NCBI GenBank assembly: GCA_035477635.1
Contig: DATIKK010000008.1
Span: forward strand, 1 to 62,639
Direction of reading: 5' to 3'
Length of the DNA: 62,639 bases
Source of the DNA: Bacteroidales bacterium
Lineage (GTDB): Bacteria > Bacteroidota > Bacteroidia > Bacteroidales > UBA7960
Part shown: positions 37,219-48,162 of the stretch, piece by piece
Layout of the letters: the number at the start of each line of letters is the position of its first letter
Position numbering within the stretch: the stretch's first letter is position 1
Notes under the pieces: generated by a model
Databases searched by the model: none
Told to the model about the DNA's origin: nothing
What the model saw: only the letters and a program-made list of their open reading frames with translations
Program-made: the position numbers and the translations under genes

Positions 37219-39210
37219 ATGAAGGAACAACTGAACCCCAAAGTCGAGTCAAACGAACAAGGGGATGAGAATCTGAATTTAGAATTACAGGAACAAAACC
37301 AGGAACAAAACAACCAGGACCTCAACCAGGAAGTAGCGTTAACAGGGGTAATCGAACAAGATGTTGCCTCAGGTATTCAGGTTGACGATTCGCTAAAGGG
37401 TATTTCATTTCCTGAAGACCAGGAAGAAGAGGAGGAAGAAGAGGCTGTAAGGGCCGAGATATCGGAAGGAGACGAGGATCCAGCCGAAAAATACGGCAAA
37501 ATGAGCCGTTCGGAATTGGTTTTGGTGCTTGAAGCATTAGTAAAGCACGAAGATATAAACTTCATAAGGAACCACATTGGGTTCATCAGGGCTGCTTTCA
37601 GAAAGCATTTGAAGGAAGAAAGTCTGGAGAATTATGAAAAAACCATTGCCCATCAGGATTCCCTCATTGAAATACAGGAAATAACCGTTGCACAAGTTGA
37701 TCCATTGGTCAAACGCTTTGATGACGCTCTTTTGATTTACAAGGATAAAAAGGCCTTGTTTGACCAGGCAATTGAAAAGCAAAAGGTTGAAAACCTGAAG
37801 GCAAAAGAACAATTACTTGAAGAACTGCGTCACCTAATAGAATCGGAAGAGGAACTAAAAAAAACCTATGATAAATTCAGGGACCTTCAGGAGAAATGGC
37901 GCAATTATGGTCCAGTGCCACAAACTTCAAAGAATACACTATGGAATAATTACCATTTTCTGGTCGAAAAATTCTTTGATAAAATAAAAATAAACAAGGA
38001 GCTAAAAGACCTTGACCTTAAAAAGAACCTTGAACAAAAGACTCTATTATGCGAGAAGGCAGAAGAGCTGCTGCTCGAACCTTCAATAATCACATCGTTT
38101 CAGCGTCTTCAGAAACTGCACGAGGCCTGGAAAGAATCTGGTCCTGTCCCGGGTGATAAAAAAGATGAAATTTGGGATCGCTTTAAGGCTGCCACCGAGA
38201 AGCTTAATCGGCGCCGCCAGGAGTACTACGATACCCTCCATGAAGAACAGCAAGAAAACCTTGAGGCAAAACAGCAGCTTTGTGAAAAAGCAGAATTGCT
38301 GTCGGCCTCAACCCCTGATACTCCCCGCCAGTGGCAGAACCTTACTAACCAGATTAACGAACTCTTTCAAACCTGGAAAACCGTTGGATTTGCCCCGAAA
38401 AAAATTAATAATGAAGTGTGGAACCGATTCCGGGCTGCTCTCGATGTCTTTTTCCGGAATAAAAAGGAATTTTTCAGCAAGTTTAAAGAAAATCAAACCG
38501 AGAATTATAATCAAAAGTTAAACCTGTGCTTGCAGGCTGAGGCTTTAAAAGACAGCACAGATTGGCGTCGCACTACTAACGAACTTATTGCCCTTCAACA
38601 GGAATGGAAAAAAATTGGGCCGGTGCCAAATAAATTTTCGGATAAAATCTGGAAACGCTTCAGGGCAGCATGCGATGAGTTTTTTATTCGAAAAGCTCAA
38701 CATATATCGAGCATTGAGGGAGCCCATGAAGAAAACCTTAACCTGAAGAAGGAACTCATTGCCAATATAAAAACCTTCAATTACTCTTCAAACAACATTG
38801 AGAACCTGCGCATAATCAATGAGTTTCAAAGACAATGGATGGAAATAGGGCATGTGCCTATCAAACTTAAAGATAAACTGCAGGCTGAGTATCGCAATGC
38901 TATTGACGAACAGTTTGAAAAGCTTGGTATAAGCCAAAAAGCTAAAAGCACCCTTACTTTCAGAACAAAGATCGAAAATTTAAAAAACTCACCCAACGCT
39001 ACCCATGTTATCCTGAAAGAGAGGAGTTTCATTCTGAAACGGGTTAGCGACTTGCAATACGAGATCAAGGTCTGGGAAAACAATATCGGATTCTTTGCTT
39101 CATCCAAAAAAGCCGATATTTTAAAGAATGAATTTGAAGAAAAAATTGAAAAAGCTAAGCAGGAAATAAATATTCTGGAAGAGAAACTGCGAATATTACG
39201 TGAAACGTAA
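37219..39210 (+). CDS. DUF349 repeat protein with acidic N-terminal region
   Basis: The 663 aa protein has five copies of the DUF349-type repeat W(K/R)x(I/S/Y)GPVPxxxxxxxWxRF. An N-terminal Q/N/E-rich tract includes EEEEEEEA. Confidence 0.8.
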   Translation: MKEQLNPKVESNEQGDENLNLELQEQNQEQNNQDLNQEVALTGVIEQDVASGIQVDDSLKGISFPEDQEEEEEEEAVRAEISEGDEDPAEKYGKMSRSELVLVLEALVKHEDINFIRNHIGFIRAAFRKHLKEESLENYEKTIAHQDSLIEIQEITVAQVDPLVKRFDDALLIYKDKKALFDQAIEKQKVENLKAKEQLLEELRHLIESEEELKKTYDKFRDLQEKWRNYGPVPQTSKNTLWNNYHFLVEKFFDKIKINKELKDLDLKKNLEQKTLLCEKAEELLLEPSIITSFQRLQKLHEAWKESGPVPGDKKDEIWDRFKAATEKLNRRRQEYYDTLHEEQQENLEAKQQLCEKAELLSASTPDTPRQWQNLTNQINELFQTWKTVGFAPKKINNEVWNRFRAALDVFFRNKKEFFSKFKENQTENYNQKLNLCLQAEALKDSTDWRRTTNELIALQQEWKKIGPVPNKFSDKIWKRFRAACDEFFIRKAQHISSIEGAHEENLNLKKELIANIKTFNYSSNNIENLRIINEFQRQWMEIGHVPIKLKDKLQAEYRNAIDEQFEKLGISQKAKSTLTFRTKIENLKNSPNATHVILKERSFILKRVSDLQYEIKVWENNIGFFASSKKADILKNEFEEKIEKAKQEINILEEKLRILRET

Positions 39211-39303
39211 AAAAAAGGAGAAAAATTTCCGTCTTTTACGTAAGTTTTATTGGAACATTGTTTGTTATTTAGTCAGTATCTTTAAGCTAACTATTTGGCA
39301 AGA

Positions 39304-39340
39304 AACGAGCATGATTCGCAAAACACATTACGGATGAAAA
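39304..39340 (+). repeat. Conserved leader motif copy 2 (AACGAGCATGATTCG-CA-AAACACA-TT-ACGGATGAAAA) upstream of the OMP gene
   Basis: It is near-identical to 22045-22082. Its ATG opens an 11-codon uORF. The 13-mer TTACGGATGAAAA recurs at 39382-39394, where it supplies the OMP start codon. Confidence 0.75.
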
Positions 39341-39387
39341 TTCATCATGCGAGATTCATCCGACCTTAATCTTAAAATTATTTACGG

Positions 39388-40011
39388 ATGAAAAAGATTT
39401 TGATTACGGCAGTTATTGTTGTTTTTTCAATTAGTGCAGCCCACTCGCAAACCGCTTCATTTGGTTTGAAAGGTGGTTTGAATTTTTCCAGCATATCCGA
39501 ATTACGTACCGGGCAAAGCGTTAATTACACGGTTTCGGCCTTGGAAGATGCTTACACCGGATTTCATATCGGGGTAGTTGGATTTTTCAGGTTGCCTGGT
39601 TTTTTTCTTCAGCCTGAATTTCTTTATACCCAGAATGGACGCGATATGGTGGTTATAAGGAGCGCCACACCAAACGTTAGTGAGCACTTTGTCCAAAAAT
39701 ATAGTCATCTTACAATGCCTGTTCATGTGGGAATGAACCTTGGCCCGATTAAAATTGGGGGTGGTCCGGTGTTTAATTTCCTGCTGGATGAGTGGAACGA
39801 CCTGGATGACATTTCTTTCGAGCAGGCGATGAACAGATTAACTTTAGGCTACCAGTTGGGAGCAGGTTTAAAACTTGGAAGTTTAATTATCGATTTTCGC
39901 TATGAGGGAAGTTTTGCCGATTTGGGTACAGGTGTAACTGTTGGAGGTCAAACTATTAGTTTTGACAACAGGCCAAGGCAATATATTTTGAGTCTCGGCT
40001 TTTTGTTCTGA
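39388..40011 (+). CDS. Small outer-membrane beta-barrel (porin-family) protein
   Basis: The 207 aa protein has the signal peptide MKKILITAVIVVFSISAAHSQ. It shows alternating beta-strand pattern and the C-terminal sequence LSLGFLF, ending in Phe as in OMP beta-signals. Confidence 0.7.
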   Translation: MKKILITAVIVVFSISAAHSQTASFGLKGGLNFSSISELRTGQSVNYTVSALEDAYTGFHIGVVGFFRLPGFFLQPEFLYTQNGRDMVVIRSATPNVSEHFVQKYSHLTMPVHVGMNLGPIKIGGGPVFNFLLDEWNDLDDISFEQAMNRLTLGYQLGAGLKLGSLIIDFRYEGSFADLGTGVTVGGQTISFDNRPRQYILSLGFLF

Positions 40012-40014
40012 TAA

Positions 40015-41235
40015 TTATCTGAAAATTATAGCCCTAACAGGCGATATTCGGGCAACAATCATTGACGGTCCGATTAACATAAACATGCAAACGGCAAAGG
40101 TTCCCGCGTTTAGACCTAAAACATAAACCAATTCAAGGTTTATAGGAACCACCGAAACATAGTATGAATCCTGAGGCAGGGTTACAATGCCAAGATAGTT
40201 TTGGATAAGGCAAAAAGATAATCCCAGAACATTACCCCAGAACAGGCCTTTTAGAATTACGAAAGCAGCGTTATACAAAAAAACATTTTTCACAAGGCGG
40301 TTGGATGCTCCAACCGCCTTTAATATTCCAATCATGTTGGTTTTTTCGAGAACTGCAACCAACAAGGTGGTTACCATGTTGATACCAGCCACCAATACCA
40401 TAAGAAACAAAATAACATACACGTTCATATCGAGCAGGGCAAGCCAATCGAATATTTGAGGGTATATTTCGCGAATGCTCCTTGCATTAAGGTGATATGG
40501 TATATGGTTAAAAACCTGACCGGCAACTTCGTCGAGTTTATCAAAATCATTCACAAGGATTTCGTATCCGCCAATTTGATCCGGCTCCCAACGGTTTATA
40601 CGCTGAATATGTTTAATATCTCCTAACACAAAAATCCGGTCAAGCTCCTCAAGTCCTGTTTCATAAATTCCAGCAACCTGCAACCTTCTCAAAGCAGGTG
40701 GATCCTGAATAAAATAAAGAAAAAATCTATCGCCAGTTTCAAGGAAAAGCTGCTCAGCAATATAGCGAGATATTATTACTTCGTTGGTTGCGGCTGTGTC
40801 AGAAAAAACTAGCCTGCCACCTTCAACCATGCGTTGTTCAAAGAATGACCAGTCGAAATCAGGGCCAATACCTTTCATTACCACACCGTGAATATCTTCC
40901 TCTGTCTTGATAATGCCTGTTTTTGAGGCAAATTCCTGAACATGCCTTATACCAGGCAGTCCGGCAACTGACTCTAATAATTCTGGATCCCTTACAATGG
41001 GTGTGAGTTCAGGTGTTGCACTTGCCTGAAAATTGGTTACCTGGATATGTGATCCAAAACCAATGACCTTATCCCTGATAGCTATCTGAAATCCCGTTAC
41101 CACTGCTACCGCAACAATCATAACTGCCAGCCCCAGCGCAATACTTAGTACCGAAATTTTTCTAATGAGGCCAGTAAAAGTCTTACCTTGCTTTGAAGGA
41201 CTTATTTTCCGCGCTATGAACAGTGGAGTATTCAC
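40015..41235 (-). CDS. FtsX/LolE-family ABC transporter permease
   Basis: The 406 aa protein has an N-terminal TM segment, a large periplasmic MacB-like domain and a C-terminal FtsX 3-TM bundle. The start is GTG. Confidence 0.8.
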   Translation of the reverse strand: MNTPLFIARKISPSKQGKTFTGLIRKISVLSIALGLAVMIVAVAVVTGFQIAIRDKVIGFGSHIQVTNFQASATPELTPIVRDPELLESVAGLPGIRHVQEFASKTGIIKTEEDIHGVVMKGIGPDFDWSFFEQRMVEGGRLVFSDTAATNEVIISRYIAEQLFLETGDRFFLYFIQDPPALRRLQVAGIYETGLEELDRIFVLGDIKHIQRINRWEPDQIGGYEILVNDFDKLDEVAGQVFNHIPYHLNARSIREIYPQIFDWLALLDMNVYVILFLMVLVAGINMVTTLLVAVLEKTNMIGILKAVGASNRLVKNVFLYNAAFVILKGLFWGNVLGLSFCLIQNYLGIVTLPQDSYYVSVVPINLELVYVLGLNAGTFAVCMFMLIGPSMIVARISPVRAIIFR

Positions 41236-41470
41236 AATTTTCTTGCAAAAATAACTGTTCCTTTCATGCTAAATCCGGGAACCTTGCAATTGTCAAGGAA
41301 ATATTTTTAATTTTTTGGTCATAGAGAATTTTCAATTTTTGAAAACCAAATTTCGTGTTGAGGTTCACTTTTGAATAAAAGTGCCATTTTTTCAGGGGAC
41401 TCAAAAGGGTTGAAAAAATGTTGAGGTTTTGAATTGTTTTCGTAATATTGCTAACTTAATTCAAAAATTC

Positions 41471-42685
41471 ATGAAGAGAATAGCATTACACTGGCAAATA
41501 TTCATTGCAATTGCTCTTAGCATCATGTTCGGGTTGTTTCTTCCTGGCTGGGTAAGATATGTTGAATGGTTAGGTACAATATTTCTTCGTGCCTTACAAA
41601 TGCTCATAGTCCCGCTTATATTTTCATCGATTGTTACCGGAATAATGGGAATTGGTTCTGCTGAAAACCTGGGTAGAATGACACTCAAAACCATTTCATA
41701 TTACATTTTTACCAGCTTGTTGGCCATCATAACCGGACTTGTACTGGTAAATTTAATCAAGCCAGGCATCGGAGCAGATCTTGGACTGAAAGAAACGATT
41801 GAAGGGCTTAATGCGCATCAGTACAGTTTTGGCGAAACTCTTATGCGGATCATTCCCACCAACATTATCGATGCAATGACCAGGGGCGACATGGCTGCCA
41901 TAATTTTCTTTGCAGTTTTTTTTGGATTTTTTGCTACCAGGGTTTCTGCTGTTTATCGCGATCCGATTGCTAATTTCTTCAATGGTACCTTTGAAGTTAT
42001 GATGAAAATTACCATGTTCGTGATAAAACTTGCTCCAATAGGCATTTTTGGCATTGTTTCGGCAATGGTTGCCGAGCAGGCCGGTAACCTTCTGGTGGTT
42101 TTCAGGCAGTTGGGCATATATATGCTTACGGTTATTGCTGGATTGGCTTTTCATTCAATGATTACCAATCCGCTACTTTTAAAGTTTATGGGCAGGGTCA
42201 ACCCGAGGAAGCATTATAAGGCCATATCAGTGCCCCTGCTTACTGCTTTTTCGACTGCAAGCAGCAGCGCCACATTGCCATTGACCATAAAGGCGGTGGA
42301 ACAAAATATCGGGGTTTCGAACAAAACCAGCAGTTTTGTTTTGCCCTTAGGCGCCACTATTAATATGGACGGAACTGCTCTTTATCAATGCGTTGCTGTA
42401 TTATTCATTGCTCAGGCATACGGGGTTGAGCTTACCTTTGTTCAGCAACTAATTGTGATGATTATGGCCCTTGTTGCCTCGATTGGCGCAGCAGGCATTC
42501 CTATGGCAGGGCTTGTTATTATGACGGTAATCCTTTCGGCTGTTGGCCTTCCGCTTGAAGGTGTGGGGCTAATTCTTGCCGTTGACCGCCTGCTCGACAT
42601 GTTTCGCACCTCCGTGAATGTATTGGGCGATACATGTGCAGCAGTTATCATTGCCAAATCAGAAGGCGAAAAACTAAATATATAA
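41471..42685 (+). CDS. Dicarboxylate/amino acid:cation symporter (DAACS family)
   Basis: The motifs SSSATLPL and NMDGTALYQ are present in a polytopic protein. The track start at 41429 is TTG, so the ATG at 41471 (MKRIALHWQIF) is preferred. Confidence 0.88.
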   Translation: MKRIALHWQIFIAIALSIMFGLFLPGWVRYVEWLGTIFLRALQMLIVPLIFSSIVTGIMGIGSAENLGRMTLKTISYYIFTSLLAIITGLVLVNLIKPGIGADLGLKETIEGLNAHQYSFGETLMRIIPTNIIDAMTRGDMAAIIFFAVFFGFFATRVSAVYRDPIANFFNGTFEVMMKITMFVIKLAPIGIFGIVSAMVAEQAGNLLVVFRQLGIYMLTVIAGLAFHSMITNPLLLKFMGRVNPRKHYKAISVPLLTAFSTASSSATLPLTIKAVEQNIGVSNKTSSFVLPLGATINMDGTALYQCVAVLFIAQAYGVELTFVQQLIVMIMALVASIGAAGIPMAGLVIMTVILSAVGLPLEGVGLILAVDRLLDMFRTSVNVLGDTCAAVIIAKSEGEKLNI

Positions 42686-42877
42686 TCAAATTATGAATGA
42701 GGCCAGAAGGGTAGGGGATGGAAGAAACATTCATTCTACATCCGGTATGGCCGCAGACACAAGGCTATAATATGATTATTCAGGTTAGAATCAATTCAAA
42801 ATTTAAACAATTATTTAAATATTTCCTTCGCCGACAGCCTTTTTATGTACCTTTACACCTTTTAATAATCTTCAGTT

Positions 42878-43966
42878 ATGGTTAGTACCAGACGCTATTC
42901 AGTTATAAAAGGCACGGGTACATATATTCCCGAGGTTATCATAAAGAACGATTTTTTTCTTGATTACAGGTTCTTTGGAAAGGACGGAAGACCTGTGATG
43001 AAATCGAATGCCGAAATCATTGAGAAATTTAAGGAAATCACCGAAATCGAGGAAAGACGGTATGCAGAACCCCAACATAATACCTCAGATCTGGGATATT
43101 TCTCAGCACTTGAAGCTATAGAAGATGCAGGGATTGACCCTGAAAACCTTGATTATATAATTGTAGCGCATAATTTTGGTGATGTTTATCACGGGAATTC
43201 AGCTGTTGATATGATGCCTACAATAGCAGCCAGAATTAAGAAAAAACTTGGAATTAAAAATCCAAACACCATTGCATATGACCTTCCGTTTGGTTGCCCG
43301 GGATGGGTACAAGCCATGATTCATGCCGATTATTTTTTAAAATCGGGCGACGCAAACCTCGCTTTGGTAATTGGGGCAGAAACCCTTTCACGCATTTCGG
43401 ACCCACATGATATCGACAGTATGATATATTCGGACGGAGCTGGTGCAACCATTCTTCAGGCCGAAGAAAGCTCCGAACCTGTCGGAATTATTGCTCATAA
43501 AACTCGAAGCGATACAATTGAACATTGTAAATTGCTCTGGATGGATAAATCCAACAATCCCGAATATCAGACAAACGAACTATTCATCAAGATGTTGGGA
43601 CACAAAGTGTATGAATATGCCATTACATATGTTCCCATTCTCGTTAAAGAATGTATTGAAAAGGCCGGGGTTGGTATCAGGGACATCAAAAAAATCCTGG
43701 TTCACCAGGCAAATGGAAAAATGGATAGTGTCATCCTTCAAAAAACCCTCAAAAAGTTTGGGTTAAATGATACTCCAGAACATATTATGCCGATGATTAT
43801 TTCGCGTTTGGGTAACAATTCAGTGGCTACAGTTCCTGTGCTACTCGATTTTGTCAGAAAAAACAAGATGGAAAATCATGCCATCAGCCCGGGTGAACAT
43901 ATGGTTTTTGCATCGGTTGGCGCCGGAATGAATATAAATGCTATAGTTTACAAGGTGCCTGAATAA
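42878..43966 (+). CDS. 3-oxoacyl-ACP synthase III (KAS III / FabH-like) family protein
   Basis: The 362 aa protein has the active-site Cys in FGCPGWVQAM, His in VHQANGKM and Asn in LGNNSVATVP. Confidence 0.8.
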   Translation: MVSTRRYSVIKGTGTYIPEVIIKNDFFLDYRFFGKDGRPVMKSNAEIIEKFKEITEIEERRYAEPQHNTSDLGYFSALEAIEDAGIDPENLDYIIVAHNFGDVYHGNSAVDMMPTIAARIKKKLGIKNPNTIAYDLPFGCPGWVQAMIHADYFLKSGDANLALVIGAETLSRISDPHDIDSMIYSDGAGATILQAEESSEPVGIIAHKTRSDTIEHCKLLWMDKSNNPEYQTNELFIKMLGHKVYEYAITYVPILVKECIEKAGVGIRDIKKILVHQANGKMDSVILQKTLKKFGLNDTPEHIMPMIISRLGNNSVATVPVLLDFVRKNKMENHAISPGEHMVFASVGAGMNINAIVYKVPE

Positions 43967-44080
43967 ATCCCTCAAAGTCTCCTGATAAAGTCCAGGCTAT
44001 TTTTGAAAAATAGTGGCCTAAAGTTTATAGAATTTTGTCCTATAATTAATATTATGTTAAATAGCAACTATATACTAAAA

Positions 44081-44113
44081 AAACTGCTCCATATATTGAT
44101 TCTGGAGCAGTTT
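44081..44113. terminator. Bidirectional terminator hairpin between convergent KAS III and TPR genes
   Basis: The stem is 11 bp, AAACTGCTCCA / TGGAGCAGTTT, with an 11-nt loop. The A-run on one side and T-run on the other give a U-tail on both strands. Confidence 0.7.
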
Positions 44114-44144
44114 CGATTCGAACAAATTGTAGGAAAAAAAGGAA

Positions 44145-45368
44145 TTATTGAGGGTTTCCGGTTAGGCTATCATAAATTTCCTGCATTTCCTGAAGTTTTT
44201 CGGCCTGATTGGTTCTTGCATAAAGCTGCAAAAGGGAGACAACAACCACCTCGTAATTTGGATCGTTTATATCAATCATGTTTATAGCCAGCTCGAGGTA
44301 CGGCTGAGCTTTTAGCCATTGTTCCTGAAAACGCTTTTCTTCTCTTTCGTATTCGCGGAAACCGGCAGCTGTGGGATTTTTGCGAAGCCGGGCATCTGCT
44401 GCTTCGAATATCCTTATGCCTTCATTAAAGTAAATCACTCCGAGATTGTAAATAGCGTCGAAATAATTGGGATCCAATTCAATAGCTCTGGAATAAGCAT
44501 TAATGGCTTCATTGTAAGCAAATTGCCTTTCTTCAAGTGTACGCAGGGTGTCCTGGGCCACATTGTCGAAATTGGCGCCAAGAGCAAAATGAAGGTTGGG
44601 GTTATTTGGGTCGCGCTCTATGGCAGTATTAAGGGCTTGGCGTGCCTTTTCAGACTGACGGGTAAAAATATAAATATTTGCTTCTGAAAACAACAGATTT
44701 AGGTCATCAGGAAATTTCGAGCGGCCTAATGTAATATACTCTAGCGCCTTGGCTGTATCGCCCAATACCATAGTGATGTTACCCATTGAAGAATACAAGA
44801 AAGGTTGAGGGTAATTCAACTCGATCAAACGGGCATAATGTGTTTTTGCTTTATTTATATCCCCGCCCAGTTCGGCTGCAAGGGCAGCATTATAAAGCGT
44901 TGTAGTATCAATTGCTGCAGAAAATTCAGCAACTTGAAATGACCTAAGAAAAGATCTGCTTGCTTCAAGGAAATCCTTTGCATTATATTGAACAACAGCT
45001 TTGTTATACAGCAACTCACTTAAGAATCGCTCATGTTGCTCAATTTCAAGTACCCGTAATCCGATTTTGTCTGTTTCCCTTGCTCTTTGCAAAGCCTCAT
45101 CAGCCACCTGAAGGGGGTTTGGATGCAATGCGTTAACAGCAGTATCCTGGCTATTAAAAATATCCATATAGATGCGCGACTTCAGAATAAAAGTATAAGA
45201 ATCCTGCAATGCGGCCTCATCGTTTAGGGCTGCATCTATAAATTGCTTTGCTGCGGCAATATTACCACGGCTGTGCTGAGTATTTGCCCTTCTGACATCT
45301 CTGGCTTGCCCGTAGGTAATTGTAACTGTTGATATACAAATAATTAAAGCAAAAATTGTCCGTTTCAT
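44145..45368 (-). CDS. Tetratricopeptide-repeat protein with signal peptide
   Basis: The 407 aa protein has the N-terminal signal MKRTIFALIICISTVTITYGQ. It has multiple TPR-like A-x-x-Y/F-x-x-A-I/L-E-L-D-P-N repeats. Confidence 0.75.
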   Translation of the reverse strand: MKRTIFALIICISTVTITYGQARDVRRANTQHSRGNIAAAKQFIDAALNDEAALQDSYTFILKSRIYMDIFNSQDTAVNALHPNPLQVADEALQRARETDKIGLRVLEIEQHERFLSELLYNKAVVQYNAKDFLEASRSFLRSFQVAEFSAAIDTTTLYNAALAAELGGDINKAKTHYARLIELNYPQPFLYSSMGNITMVLGDTAKALEYITLGRSKFPDDLNLLFSEANIYIFTRQSEKARQALNTAIERDPNNPNLHFALGANFDNVAQDTLRTLEERQFAYNEAINAYSRAIELDPNYFDAIYNLGVIYFNEGIRIFEAADARLRKNPTAAGFREYEREEKRFQEQWLKAQPYLELAINMIDINDPNYEVVVVSLLQLYARTNQAEKLQEMQEIYDSLTGNPQ

Positions 45369-45440
45369 TGTAGGTTATTTTTGTTTGATTGAGTATAATG
45401 TTTCACAAAAGTAGTTAATTTGTTTGAGTCAATATTTGAA

Positions 45441-47957
45441 TCAATTTGATTTTTCATCAAGAGTTTCGGTATTAGGCTTGTCTTCATTCTTTTCACCACT
45501 TGTTCCGTTTCCATTAAGGCTTGTTTCCTTCACTTTTGTAACAGCAGCTATTTCGTCGTCGTTTCTGAGGGTAATCAGTCTTACTCCCTGAGTTGCACGA
45601 CCCATATCCCGCAAGGTATTAACTGAAAGCCTTATTGTAAGTCCTGATTTGTTAATGATCATCAAGTCGTCGGTGTCAATTACATTAACCATTGATATCA
45701 TTGGGCCTGTTTTATTTGTAACATTTAAAGTTTTCACACCTTTGCCTCCGCGGTTAGTTACCCGGTACTCTTCAACCGGTGATCGTTTTCCATAACCTTT
45801 TTCAGACACAACCAGTACGCTGCTTTTTTCATCTTCTACACAAACCATGCCAACTACCGAGTCGCTTTGGCCTGATAAGGTAACGCCCTTTACTCCTGCA
45901 GCATTCCTCCCCATGGGTCTTACCTGCGATTCGTTAAATCTAATAGCTTTTCCGCATCTCAACCCGATTAGAACTTCGCTTTTTCCACTCGTGAGATTGG
46001 CTTCGATCAATTCGTCCCCTTCCCTTATATTTATGGCATTTATCCCATTTGCTCTCGGCCTGCTATAGGCTTCAAGACTGGTCTTTTTTATGACACCTTT
46101 TTTGGTACAAAGAATTATGTAGTTGTTCGCAATATAAAATTTATCTGTCAGATCCTTTAAATTCACAATGGCTTTGATTTTATCGTCAGAAGGGATATTT
46201 ATCATGTTCTGGATAGCCCTTCCTTTGGAAGCCTTGGCGCCCTCGGGTATTTCGAATACTCTCATCCAGTAGCATTTACCCTTTTCGGTAAAAAACAGCA
46301 GATAGTTGTGATTTGTAGCCACAAAAAGGTGTACTACAAAATCTTCGTCTCTTGTAGCAGAACCTTTGCTACCACGCCCTCCCCTGCTCTGCGTTTTAAA
46401 ATCGCTTAGGGGGGTTCGCTTAATATACCCAAGGTGTGATATGGTAATAACCACATTTTCGTCGGCTATTGTATCTTCAATTCTGAAATCACCTGCAGTG
46501 TAATCAATTTCTGTTTTAGGTTTATCGCCATACTTTTCCTTAATGGCAAGCATTTCTTCTTTAATAATTTCCATACGGAGAGTTTTGTCTGCCAGTATAG
46601 ATTTCAGGTAGTCAATTTTTTTGAGTAACTCAACGTACTCTTCCTTAATTTTTGTTCGTTCAAGCCCGGTAAGCCGCTGAAGGCGCATGTCGAGAATAGC
46701 TCTTGCCTGAATTTCGGTTAACCCGAATTTTTCCATCAACCCTGTTCGGGCCTCCTCTGGGGTCTGGGAGGCTCTGATAAGAGCAATTACCTCATCAAGG
46801 TGATCGAGAGCGATCAGAAGGCCTTCAAGAATATGTGCCCTTTTCTCGGCTTCAAGAAGTTCGAAGGCGGTACGCCTGGTAACCACTTCATGCCTGTGAT
46901 CAACATAATGAACGATTAAATCTTTTAAATTCAAAACCAATGGTCTGCCATTGACCAGGGCTATGTTATTTACATTAAAAGCGGTTTGGAGCGCCGTATG
47001 CTGATATAATTGGTTAAGAACTACATTTGGAATAGCATCTTTTCGTAATTCATATACAATCCGCATTCCCTGCCTGTCGGATTCATCGCGTAAGTCGGTA
47101 ATGCCATCAATCTTTTTATCGTTTACCAGGTCGGCTGTTTTTTTTATCATTTCGGCTTTGTTGACCTGATATGGAATTGATGTAACCACAATAACATCTT
47201 TTCCGCTATCGCCCGATTCGAATGTAGCTTCGCCCCTGATTACAATCTTTCCTTTTCCTGTATGGTAGGCTTCTTTAACGCCATCGTGGCCATATATAAG
47301 GCCTCCAGTTGGAAAATCGGGACCTTTTATGAATTTCATTAGCCCTTCTATGGTAATTTCCGGGTCGTCAATGTATGACACAATACCATCAATCACCTCA
47401 GTTAAATTGTGGGGTGGCATATTGGTTGCCATTCCGACAGCTATCCCTGAAGTTCCGTTGACCAGCAAATTTGGAATTCGTGCAGGCAACACTGTTGGTT
47501 CTTCGAGTGTATCATCAAAATTATTTTGAAAATTAACAGTATCCTTATCCAGATCGATCAATAATTCTTCAGCAATTTTCCGGAGCCTTACTTCAGTATA
47601 GCGCATCGCCGCAGGACTATCGCCATCAATACTGCCAAAGTTTCCCTGACCATCAACAAGAGGGTAACGAAGTGACCACTCCTGCGCCATACGAACCATG
47701 GCATCGTAAACTGAGGTATCGCCATGAGGATGATACTTTCCTAAAACCTCCCCTACTATACGTGCAGATTTTTTGTACGGACGGTTACTTAGCATGCCTA
47801 ACTCATGCATTCCAAAAAGGACCCTTCTGTGTACAGGCTTTAGGCCATCCCGTACATCGGGTAATGCTCTCGATACAATGACAGACATCGCGTAATCGAT
47901 GTATGCCGTTTTCATCTGATCTTCGATATCTACCTTTACAATCCTTTCGACAGACAT
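45441..47957 (-). CDS. gyrA: DNA gyrase subunit A
   Basis: The blocks [11 protein letters not shown] and [20 protein letters not shown], the active-site AAMRYTE, and C-terminal beta-pinwheel repeats are present. The track start at 47996 is TTG, so the ATG at 47957 ([13 protein letters not shown]) is preferred. Confidence 0.95.
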   Translation of the reverse strand: MSVERIVKVDIEDQMKTAYIDYAMSVIVSRALPDVRDGLKPVHRRVLFGMHELGMLSNRPYKKSARIVGEVLGKYHPHGDTSVYDAMVRMAQEWSLRYPLVDGQGNFGSIDGDSPAAMRYTEVRLRKIAEELLIDLDKDTVNFQNNFDDTLEEPTVLPARIPNLLVNGTSGIAVGMATNMPPHNLTEVIDGIVSYIDDPEITIEGLMKFIKGPDFPTGGLIYGHDGVKEAYHTGKGKIVIRGEATFESGDSGKDVIVVTSIPYQVNKAEMIKKTADLVNDKKIDGITDLRDESDRQGMRIVYELRKDAIPNVVLNQLYQHTALQTAFNVNNIALVNGRPLVLNLKDLIVHYVDHRHEVVTRRTAFELLEAEKRAHILEGLLIALDHLDEVIALIRASQTPEEARTGLMEKFGLTEIQARAILDMRLQRLTGLERTKIKEEYVELLKKIDYLKSILADKTLRMEIIKEEMLAIKEKYGDKPKTEIDYTAGDFRIEDTIADENVVITISHLGYIKRTPLSDFKTQSRGGRGSKGSATRDEDFVVHLFVATNHNYLLFFTEKGKCYWMRVFEIPEGAKASKGRAIQNMINIPSDDKIKAIVNLKDLTDKFYIANNYIILCTKKGVIKKTSLEAYSRPRANGINAINIREGDELIEANLTSGKSEVLIGLRCGKAIRFNESQVRPMGRNAAGVKGVTLSGQSDSVVGMVCVEDEKSSVLVVSEKGYGKRSPVEEYRVTNRGGKGVKTLNVTNKTGPMISMVNVIDTDDLMIINKSGLTIRLSVNTLRDMGRATQGVRLITLRNDDEIAAVTKVKETSLNGNGTSGEKNEDKPNTETLDEKSN

Positions 47958-48130
47958 ATTGATTAATAAGGCTTTAGGAAAAAAATTTTGTTTCAAAACG
48001 AAGCATCAAAGTTACTCTTTTATGGTCAATCTTTTAGGTTAATGTGTAAATATCTGCTTTAGCTAAACAAATTCCAGTTAATTAATGTTAACTAAAAATG
48101 GTTTTTACGTATAATAAATAATATTCTAAT

Positions 48131-48138
48131 TAATTTTG
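48131..48138 (+). promoter_or_regulatory. -7 promoter box TAATTTTG upstream of clpC
   Basis: It is an exact TAnnTTTG match, 25 nt upstream of the clpC ATG. Confidence 0.4.
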
Positions 48139-48162
48139 GTTGGTTAAATTGATTTAATCTAC

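Noticed and set aside
44111-44125. TTTCGATTCGAAC, reminiscent of a tRNA T-arm.
   Set aside because: It has no acceptor stem, D-arm or anticodon arm context. It is just the 3' flank of the terminator hairpin.
44003-44287. 94-aa plus-strand ORF in the KAS III to TPR gap.
   Set aside because: It starts at a non-ATG codon, runs through the bidirectional terminator hairpin and then runs antisense into the 3' end of the TPR gene. It has no motif support.
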